Assembly: GCA_016844945.1 (NCBI GenBank)
Contig: JAERTJ010000086.1
Location: 36,180 to 100,179 of the forward strand
Direction of reading: 5' to 3'
Length of the DNA stretch: 64,000 nucleotides
Source: Fidelibacterota bacterium
Lineage (GTDB): Bacteria > Fidelibacterota > UBA8477 > JABMPR01
In this document: positions 39,358-46,946 of the stretch, in pieces
Layout of the letters: each line of letters begins with the position of its first letter
Position numbering within the stretch: position 1 is the stretch's first letter
Program-made: the position numbers and the translations under genes
The notes under the pieces: generated by a model
Database searches by the model: none
The model's input: only the letters and a program-made list of their open reading frames with translations
Told to the model about the DNA's origin: nothing

Positions 39358-42300
39358 CTATTTTTCTTTCAACAATCGTCTTTCAGCAATCATAACGTAC
39401 AGAACAGGTACTACAAAGGTATTCGAGATGGCGAATAACATCCCACCAAAGGTTGGGATTGCCATGGGCACCATCACATCTGCACCCCTCCCTGATGAGG
39501 TTAAAACAGGTATCAAGGCAAGGAGTGTAGTCGCTGTTGTCAGCATCGCAGGGCGAATTCGTTTCATACCAGCCAGTATGGCAGCCTGATGAATATGTTC
39601 AACTGAGTCTGGTTTTAATCTCTCAAAAGATTGATCCAAATAAGTTGAAATCAGCACCCCATCATCTGTGGCAATACCAAAAAGGGCTAAGAATCCAACC
39701 CAAACTGCGACACTCAAGTTAATCTCGTGAATCTGAAATACTTCCCTCAGTTCCAGGCCAGCTACAGACACATTCATAAACCAGGGCTGTCCATACAGCC
39801 AGATGAGGGTAAAACCACCAGCCCAGGCCACAAATATTCCAGAGAACACGATCAATGTAGTCGAGCTTCGTTTGAATTGGAGATATAGAATTACAAAAAT
39901 GGAAGCCAGGGCTAAAGGTAACACAATCCGCATGCGTTTTGTCGCCCGCTCCTGGTTTTCATAAGAGCCTGTAAAACTATAGCTGAGCCCTTCTGGAATG
40001 GAAAGTTGATTGCTACGGATCAGTTCCTCCAGATATCCCTCCGCCTGCTCGACAACCTCTACTTCAGCAAAACCATCCATTTTGTCAAAAAGAACATATG
40101 AAAGGAGAAAGGTATTCTCACTTTTAATGACCTGGGGACCCCGGGTAAAATTAATGGTAGCTAGCTGCCCCAACGGAATTTGGGCACCTGACTTTGTTGG
40201 AACCAGGATAGAAGCAAAGCTTTCATCATCCTGGCGATAATCTCGCATGTATCGTATCCTAATCGGATATCGTTCCCGGCCCTCAACTGAAGTTCCGACT
40301 TGTTTTCCGCCAATAGCAACTGCGATAACCTCATGCACTTCACGGACGGATAATCCATACCGAGCGATGGCATTCCGATTGATGTCGATCTCAAGATAAG
40401 GCTTCCCTACAATTCGATCCGCAAAAACAGCACTTGCTTTAACTGAGGGTACTTCTTTGAGTCGCTGCTCCAATTCTAACCCGAAGGATTCCATGGTTTC
40501 GATGTCTGATCCCTGGATCCTAATCCCCATAGGTGCGCGCATCCCACTTTGGAGCATGACCACTCGGGCAGCAATAGGTTGCAATTTTGGTGCGGAAGTG
40601 GTCCCAGGTAACTGGGCAACCCTGACAAGTTCGTCCCAGATGTTTTCACTGCTTCTGATGTGATCACGCCATTGCCTGAATGGTTTACCTCCTTGATCAG
40701 GGATTAACTCACCAGAATTGTCATAGATAAAATCTCCTAATGGATTTGTCTTGAACCGCAACGGATTGCCTGCAGCATCTTGAAGAAACTCTGACTTGTA
40801 AGTAATCACGGACTCGATCATGGACAGGGGTGCTGGATCAAGGGGGGTTTCTGCTCTGCCGATCTTACCTACCACATTTTCAACTTCAGGAACCGATGAT
40901 AAGGCACGATCCAATGTGGATAGCACATCCAGGGATTCTTCAACACCTGCATGGGGCATTGTAGTAGGCATATAGAGAAATGAGCCTTCATCCAGAGCCG
41001 GCATGAATTCCCTACCCAATCCAGGAAATGTATGGACCATCTGCTGATATGGGCGACTTGAACGGATCCCCTGGGGAGACCACCCAAACAAGAAATCGAA
41101 ACCCAGCCAGGCATTCAACCCTAGCAGGATAATTGTGGTTGGAATGAGCAGCGCATAGCTTCTGTGACTCATCATCCATGCTAAAATCCCTGGGTATAAG
41201 TCAGTGAACTTCTGGATAGAGAAAAGGATGAGGGCGACCAGCAATGCTACAAAGGTGAAATTTGACAGGATGCTATACTCATACCCCAGTGGTACCCAGG
41301 TGAGTGTGAGTAAAAAAATAATCCCTGTGGCCAAAAGAAAATTCAAAGTCTTCTCATCATATAACCATGAGTAGGCCTGTAGTTTCGATTTGAGGAGCTG
41401 AGCGATCGCTGTAAAGACTAGAATGATACCCAGTACAATGCTATAAAAGCCAGTAACTCCCACACCAACCAGGAGTAAGACGGTTAAGAATGCATTCTTG
41501 ACCCAGTTTGATTTAGATTTCACAGAGAATAGGAAGCTTGCGAATGTTGGCAGTACCAATACCGCCAGGACAACTGAGGAAATCAATGCAAAGGTTTTTG
41601 TATAAGCCAGGGGCTTAAACAGTTTTCCTTCTGCGCCCTCCATGGTGAAAATGGGAAGAAAGCTGATGACGGTTGTTGAGACTGCCGTCAAGATGGCTGG
41701 TCCAACTTCTCGTGCTCCATCATAAACTCTTTCGGTGACCGTTCCTGAGGATTCTGGATCATCCAATTTTTTCAGGATATTCTCAGTCATTATGATTCCC
41801 ATATCTACGATTGTACCAATTGCAATGGCTATCCCTGATAGGGCGACGATGTTTGCGTCAACGTTGAACAATTTCATCCCGACAAAAGTGATGAGAACGG
41901 CGGCTGGCATGAGCAGACTGATGAGGATTGAAGCTCTCAATTGCATGAGAAGAACCAGGATGACAATAGCTGTAATGATCAATTCATCCCGTAGGGCATG
42001 ATTCAGTGTACCAAGGGTTTCATGGATAAGTGCAGATCGATCGTAGAAGGGAATGATATTGACCTTTGATACACGACCATCCTCCAGAGTTTTTGCAGGG
42101 AGCCCAGGCGAAATTTCATTGATTTTCTGTTTGACAGCATTTATTGTAGCCAGCGGGTTTTCACCGTACCGGGTGGTCACGACGCCCCCCACCACTTCAG
42201 CTCCACCCTTATCCAGAGCACCCCGTCTTAATGCAGGTCCGTAACTTACATGAGCCACGTCAGCAATTCGAATGGATGCATTATCAATAACTTTCAAAAC

Positions 42301-43113
42301 TGTTGCTTCGATATCCTCAAGACTTTGAATAAAGCCTAGGCCTCGAATCATATATTCCACACGATTTATCTCAACTGTGCGTGCCCCAATTTCATTATTG
42401 GCATCTCTTACTGCCTGGAAAACCTGGAGTAAAGAGATGTCATAATGCCTCAAAGCCTGAGGATTCACATCAATCTGGTACTCCTTGACGTATCCACCCA
42501 CAGAAGCAACTTCAGATACCCCGGAGGCTGTAGATAAACCATATTTGACATAATAATCCTGGATGGATCGCAGCTCATCCAGATTCCACCCTCCTGTGAC
42601 CGTTCCATCTTTATCTCGTCCTTCAAGGGTATACCAGAACACTTGCCCCAACGCTGTTGCATCAGGTCCTAAATTTGGTTTGACAGCTTCAGGGAGGGTT
42701 CCTGCTGGCAGCGCATTGAGTTTTTCAAGGATTCGACTTCTGGACCAATAGAAATCAACTTCTTCATTGAAAATCACATAGATCGTTGAAAAGCCAAACA
42801 TGGAGAAGGAGCGGACTGTTTTTACTTCAGGTGTCCCCAGCAGGGCTACAGTAAGTGGATAAGTGATTTGGTCTTCGATATCCTGGGGAGAACGCCCTGC
42901 CCATTCTGTGAAAACTATTTGCTGGTTCTCCCCAATATCAGGAATGGCATCTACGGAAATTGGAGCTCGATCTATCCCTGGAATATCCCAGTCAAAGGGT
43001 GCCGACAAAATTCCCCAGACCATGAGACCCAGGAATAAAACCAGAGTGATCAACCGGTTCTCGAGGGGTATGCCCAGAATTCTGTCCAGGAGGGATCCCG
43101 CCCGTTTAATCAT
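39358..43113 (-). CDS. cusA: CusA/CzcA-family heavy-metal efflux RND pump, unusually long (1251 aa).
   Basis: N-terminus LENRLITLVLFLGLMVWG...DAIPDIGENQQIVFTEWAGRSPQDIEDQITYPLT. There is an extra hydrophobic insertion at about 41100-41530. Confidence 0.9.
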   Translation of the reverse strand: MIKRAGSLLDRILGIPLENRLITLVLFLGLMVWGILSAPFDWDIPGIDRAPISVDAIPDIGENQQIVFTEWAGRSPQDIEDQITYPLTVALLGTPEVKTVRSFSMFGFSTIYVIFNEEVDFYWSRSRILEKLNALPAGTLPEAVKPNLGPDATALGQVFWYTLEGRDKDGTVTGGWNLDELRSIQDYYVKYGLSTASGVSEVASVGGYVKEYQIDVNPQALRHYDISLLQVFQAVRDANNEIGARTVEINRVEYMIRGLGFIQSLEDIEATVLKVIDNASIRIADVAHVSYGPALRRGALDKGGAEVVGGVVTTRYGENPLATINAVKQKINEISPGLPAKTLEDGRVSKVNIIPFYDRSALIHETLGTLNHALRDELIITAIVILVLLMQLRASILISLLMPAAVLITFVGMKLFNVDANIVALSGIAIAIGTIVDMGIIMTENILKKLDDPESSGTVTERVYDGAREVGPAILTAVSTTVISFLPIFTMEGAEGKLFKPLAYTKTFALISSVVLAVLVLPTFASFLFSVKSKSNWVKNAFLTVLLLVGVGVTGFYSIVLGIILVFTAIAQLLKSKLQAYSWLYDEKTLNFLLATGIIFLLTLTWVPLGYEYSILSNFTFVALLVALILFSIQKFTDLYPGILAWMMSHRSYALLIPTTIILLGLNAWLGFDFLFGWSPQGIRSSRPYQQMVHTFPGLGREFMPALDEGSFLYMPTTMPHAGVEESLDVLSTLDRALSSVPEVENVVGKIGRAETPLDPAPLSMIESVITYKSEFLQDAAGNPLRFKTNPLGDFIYDNSGELIPDQGGKPFRQWRDHIRSSENIWDELVRVAQLPGTTSAPKLQPIAARVVMLQSGMRAPMGIRIQGSDIETMESFGLELEQRLKEVPSVKASAVFADRIVGKPYLEIDINRNAIARYGLSVREVHEVIAVAIGGKQVGTSVEGRERYPIRIRYMRDYRQDDESFASILVPTKSGAQIPLGQLATINFTRGPQVIKSENTFLLSYVLFDKMDGFAEVEVVEQAEGYLEELIRSNQLSIPEGLSYSFTGSYENQERATKRMRIVLPLALASIFVILYLQFKRSSTTLIVFSGIFVAWAGGFTLIWLYGQPWFMNVSVAGLELREVFQIHEINLSVAVWVGFLALFGIATDDGVLISTYLDQSFERLKPDSVEHIHQAAILAGMKRIRPAMLTTATTLLALIPVLTSSGRGADVMVPMAIPTFGGMLFAISNTFVVPVLYVMIAERRLLKEK

Positions 43114-44989
43114 CGTGTACTCCCTGGGGGCTATAACTTTGTTTTATCTCTCCGCAACTGAGCATACTTGCACCAAAATATGGGTTTCTCACCTGTCGAT
43201 CTGTTTGTAGCCAGGCTGCACCCTTGTTGTCAAACGCCATGGGACAATAAACTTCATACAGCATTTGCTCTTCAGTATGACCATAGGTTTTTTGAAGGGT
43301 GAGAATAAGTGATGAGGCATACTCAAATGAAGTTCTTAGCTCTCCTATGGATTGAGTTTTTAAATCATGAGCCATTTTAGCTTGAAAGCCCGTGGATAAA
43401 CTTTTCCAGGATTCTGGCGTCTCTGGAACCTGGGCAATCTGTTCGGTCAGTTTTAGAAATCCCTCCCTGGAAGCTTCTACATCATCAGCGGATAGACTTG
43501 ATTGAAGTGATAAATACTCCTGGTAAATTTTTGAGAGTGATGCCTTGAACCCTGTGGAAATATCTTGCAGGAGCTCACTCTCCGATGCACTCATCATGCT
43601 CTGTTTCCCAGCAATCTGCATGGCACTATCAATTTTAAAGTTTCCCTGGGTAACAACTTTCTCGCCTAACGATAACCCGCTCAACACCAGATAGTCTTCA
43701 CCTACTCGAGGTCCGACCACAATCTCCCTTAGTTCATATGTGTGTTTATCATCCCGGTTTAGCTCTACATATACCAGAGTACGCTTCCCGGTTTTCAGAA
43801 CTGCTGAGCTGGGGATAAGCAGGGCATCGGAAGCCACTGTCTCCCCTATGGCAGGATTCTGATAAGGTACGAGGTCCATTCCACACAAAGAGCATGTTAT
43901 AGATCGATCTTCTATGACTTCAGGGTGCATGGGACAAATCCATTTCCCAGTAAGATCAGGGGACACGACCTGACCATGTGCATTCAGGATCACTGATATG
44001 GTGGCCTCTGTCAACATCCCTGGTTTCAAACGACCTTGCGGGTTGTTGAGTACGGCGCGGACAGTCACACTTCTGGTTTTAGTATTTACCAGCGGATCTA
44101 TGTAAGAGATTTGAGCCGAGAAAGTCTCTCCGGGGAGACCTGCCACTGTAAACTCAATCTCTTGTCCATAACTCAGCCAGGGCAGGTCCTTCTCATAGGC
44201 TTCAAGAACCAGCCAGACTTTATTTAGATCTGCGATGACATAGATTTGCTCACCGGTCCTGACATATTTGCCTTCAATGGCGCTCTTATGGGTAACAATT
44301 CCTGCAATGGGGCTATTTATTTGGATGGTAGACTGAGCCTTATTGGTGCGCAAGATCATTTCAACCTGGGATTCACTCAATCCCAGTAGTTTCGTTTTCT
44401 CTTTCACCGCATTAAAGGTAGAACTTCCTGGTGACCTACGATGTGCCAGGAGGAGTTCTTCCTGGGCTGAATACAGCTCAGGGCTATAAATCTCGTAGAG
44501 GTGGTCTCCGGCATTAACATGGACTCCAGTGTAGTCCACAAAAAGTCGTTCGAGTCGACCAGGAAACCAGGCGGAAATGGTTTTCACTCGAGTTTCATCA
44601 TAAGTGATTTTACCAGACAATTGGACAGCACTATGAGCGCTCCCCTCTCGAACTTCTGTTGTTACAATTCTGGCTAATTTTGCCGACGCAGCAGATATGG
44701 TGTGTTGATCACTTCGGTCTGATCCCATTGCATGATCCAGGGGAATCAAATCCATAAAGCAAATGGGACATTGCCCGGGTTCATCCAGTTTGACCTGCGG
44801 GTGCATAGAACAAGTCCAGTTTGAGGCCTGGGTGTGATTTTCATGCTCACCATGAGCTGAGGTCTGTTCATCCGAAAAGAGGATGTTGCCAATGAACATA
44901 CCCAGGAGTAATACCATTAAAATTCTGATTGTACTATACCTGGTTATTACTTTTGTCTTTTTAATAAGATATTCTAGTGTTGAATTCAT
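43106..44989 (-). CDS. cusB: CusB-like RND periplasmic adaptor with two HMBD modules and a DUF3347-like C-terminal extension.
   Basis: The HMBD modules are WTCSMHPQVKLDEPGQCPICFMDLIP and WICPMHPEVIEDRSITCSLCGMDLVP. The lipoyl/beta-barrel MFP core is present. The C-terminal motif is YCPMAFDNKGAAWLQ. It overlaps cusA by 8 nt. Confidence 0.85.
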   Translation of the reverse strand: MNSTLEYLIKKTKVITRYSTIRILMVLLLGMFIGNILFSDEQTSAHGEHENHTQASNWTCSMHPQVKLDEPGQCPICFMDLIPLDHAMGSDRSDQHTISAASAKLARIVTTEVREGSAHSAVQLSGKITYDETRVKTISAWFPGRLERLFVDYTGVHVNAGDHLYEIYSPELYSAQEELLLAHRRSPGSSTFNAVKEKTKLLGLSESQVEMILRTNKAQSTIQINSPIAGIVTHKSAIEGKYVRTGEQIYVIADLNKVWLVLEAYEKDLPWLSYGQEIEFTVAGLPGETFSAQISYIDPLVNTKTRSVTVRAVLNNPQGRLKPGMLTEATISVILNAHGQVVSPDLTGKWICPMHPEVIEDRSITCSLCGMDLVPYQNPAIGETVASDALLIPSSAVLKTGKRTLVYVELNRDDKHTYELREIVVGPRVGEDYLVLSGLSLGEKVVTQGNFKIDSAMQIAGKQSMMSASESELLQDISTGFKASLSKIYQEYLSLQSSLSADDVEASREGFLKLTEQIAQVPETPESWKSLSTGFQAKMAHDLKTQSIGELRTSFEYASSLILTLQKTYGHTEEQMLYEVYCPMAFDNKGAAWLQTDRQVRNPYFGASMLSCGEIKQSYSPQGVHDD

Positions 44990-44990
44990 T

Positions 44991-46337
44991 TTATTGACCC
45001 CTCAGATAGGTAAGTAGAGCAGATTGAGTTGCTGCTGAAAACCTGGATGCTGCCAGAGCAAGCTGAAGATCCAGACGTTTAATTTTTGTACTTGTGAGAA
45101 CTGAGATATCCGAGGATTGGCTAATATAATCCTGCTCGACCACCTTTTCAATTTCCAGGGTACGGGGAATTAACTCATCTTCATATAGACGGATTTTACG
45201 AAGGTCATCAGTCAAGGTTAACCATGCAATATCATATTCCTCTTTGAGTGCATTTCCTTCCTCAATCCTGAGGTTCTGAACCTGCTTTTTTTGCCAGATA
45301 GATGCCTTCACTTCAGATTTTTTTTGCTTCCAGTTCCAAATGGGCAGAGCCAAACCAGCGCTAATCACAAATGGATTTTTTCCGCTGTCCTCGATTTCCA
45401 CGCCATCTACAACACGTTTGTCAGTCAGGATGTAATCCAGACCAATTCTCAAATCAGGCATATAGTTTGCCCGTGCACCAGATAGATGGGCTCTAGAGAA
45501 ATCACTGAGGTGGTCAAGTCGATTTAATCGAGGATGATCTGAGGGTAATTTTGTGTCGGGTTCATCAAAGCCTGCAGAAGTCGCAGTAGTATGCAAAAAT
45601 GATTCAGATATTGTGTTACCCATATTCAATATGCTGCTCAGTCGGATCCGTAACCGATGTTCCCTACTTTTAGTCTCTGCAAGTTTTTCAGCCAGAAACA
45701 GAGATTGAATCTGTATATCGACCAGCCTTTGATGAGAGAGTGATGCAGACTGGTATTGAACAATGAGAATCTCTTCCAAATCCTTTACCAGCTGAACCTG
45801 CTCTTGGAGAATGAGTTGGGTGGATTGGAGATATTGTGCTTCTGCCCATATCCTACGTATATCTCTCTGCAGATTTAACCTGGCATTATCCAGTACTTCA
45901 AACGCCTGGGCTGCCTGAGAAATCCTCATCTTATGTGACGCCTTGCTTTTTGACAACCAGGGAATAGTATGACCCACGGATATTTTTGCCGTCTGAGCGC
46001 CCTGGGCTGTCTCAATGGGCTCAATGAAATAGCCCAAAGAAATGCTGGGGTCGGGTATAATAACCACCCCATTTGCATGTTCCTCTTGTCTTTGCCAGTC
46101 AGCATACAGAGCACGTAGCTCAACACTATTTATTAATGCCAGGGTAATGAGTTCACTGACATCTACCACCTTTTCAGGCATGGTTTTTTGATCTGAATTT
46201 ATCAGGGTCAACCATGTAGCCGAATCGATTGGCATTTCCCTTTCCTCTCCAAAAGCCATGGCTGGCATTACCAGAACGAAAAGGATCAGCACCAGAAGGG
46301 TGGGTTGAACAGGTAAAATATTTTTTAAACGATACAC
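44991..46337 (-). CDS. TolC-family outer-membrane efflux channel (CusC-like).
   Basis: A signal peptide, two-fold repeat helical/beta architecture, and a position 1 nt upstream of cusB. Confidence 0.75.
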   Translation of the reverse strand: MYRLKNILPVQPTLLVLILFVLVMPAMAFGEEREMPIDSATWLTLINSDQKTMPEKVVDVSELITLALINSVELRALYADWQRQEEHANGVVIIPDPSISLGYFIEPIETAQGAQTAKISVGHTIPWLSKSKASHKMRISQAAQAFEVLDNARLNLQRDIRRIWAEAQYLQSTQLILQEQVQLVKDLEEILIVQYQSASLSHQRLVDIQIQSLFLAEKLAETKSREHRLRIRLSSILNMGNTISESFLHTTATSAGFDEPDTKLPSDHPRLNRLDHLSDFSRAHLSGARANYMPDLRIGLDYILTDKRVVDGVEIEDSGKNPFVISAGLALPIWNWKQKKSEVKASIWQKKQVQNLRIEEGNALKEEYDIAWLTLTDDLRKIRLYEDELIPRTLEIEKVVEQDYISQSSDISVLTSTKIKRLDLQLALAASRFSAATQSALLTYLRGQ

Positions 46338-46419
46338 ATTAACATCTCCAAAACAGGATTTATTTCTCTACAAACACCTGAGCACGAGACTCAGGGTCTA
46401 ATCCATATTTTGTTGATGT

Positions 46420-46782
46420 CTAAATGAGTAGAGGAGTCAGACTGGGGGGGGAACCGTGGGAATACGATATGTCCTGTGCCACCTCGATGTGCTGATCTGA
46501 CAGTAGTACTTCATGAACCTGGGGAAGGCAATCATCCAAATCCATCTGGAAATTGCTATCGACCTTAATGAGTGGTGCAGATATGAGCGGCATGAACAGT
46601 GAAACACTGCACGATGTCATGGCCATATCACAACCCGTTTTTACCTCAGAATCACAACAACTGACCTCTGTTACACAGCAAGCGGCTTCACAATTACTGT
46701 GTGTAGGAATAAATGGTAACACTTGGACCCCACCAAACAATAGGAGCGATAAAAGGGCTGTATATTTCCACATATTCTTCAC
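46420..46782 (-). CDS. Small secreted Cys-rich protein that leads the cus-like operon.
   Basis: A signal peptide, then NCEAACCVTEVSCCDSEVKTGCDMAMTSC. I recognised no family. Confidence 0.5.
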   Translation of the reverse strand: MKNMWKYTALLSLLLFGGVQVLPFIPTHSNCEAACCVTEVSCCDSEVKTGCDMAMTSCSVSLFMPLISAPLIKVDSNFQMDLDDCLPQVHEVLLSDQHIEVAQDISYSHGSPPSLTPLLI

Positions 46783-46866
46783 AGGTAGTTAATATGCTTA
46801 GAGTTGGAAAGGTTCCAAATTATTTTTTAGATGCAATTAATGTGAGGGTCAGGTAGGTTCCTCCCC

Positions 46867-46890
46867 GGAGGTTGAGCCTGTCGAAACCTC
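46867..46890 (+). repeat. Hairpin motif copy B2: GGAGGT-TGAGCCTGTCGAA-ACCTC.
   Basis: Read directly. It matches copy A (24943-24966) at 18 of 24 positions. The C->T and G->A changes on opposite stem arms are compensatory. Confidence 0.35.
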
Positions 46891-46907
46891 AATCCTGTGC
46901 CGGGGGT

Positions 46908-46934
46908 CGGACATTTCGACGAGCTCAATGTCCG
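46908..46934 (-). repeat. Hairpin motif copy B1 (inverted): CGGACAT-TGAGCTCGTCGAA-ATGTCCG on the minus strand.
   Basis: Read directly. It has a 7-bp stem, and its 13-nt loop is identical to that of copy A. Confidence 0.35.
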
Positions 46935-46946
46935 GAGGGAGCGTCC

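Noticed and set aside
39293-43210. Numerous 60-115-aa ORFs on both strands inside the RND pump gene. Similar nested ORFs occur inside the other large genes, such as 917-7639 and 50144-53086.
   Set aside because: All are nested within or antisense to long, motif-supported CDSs. They are typical shadow ORFs.
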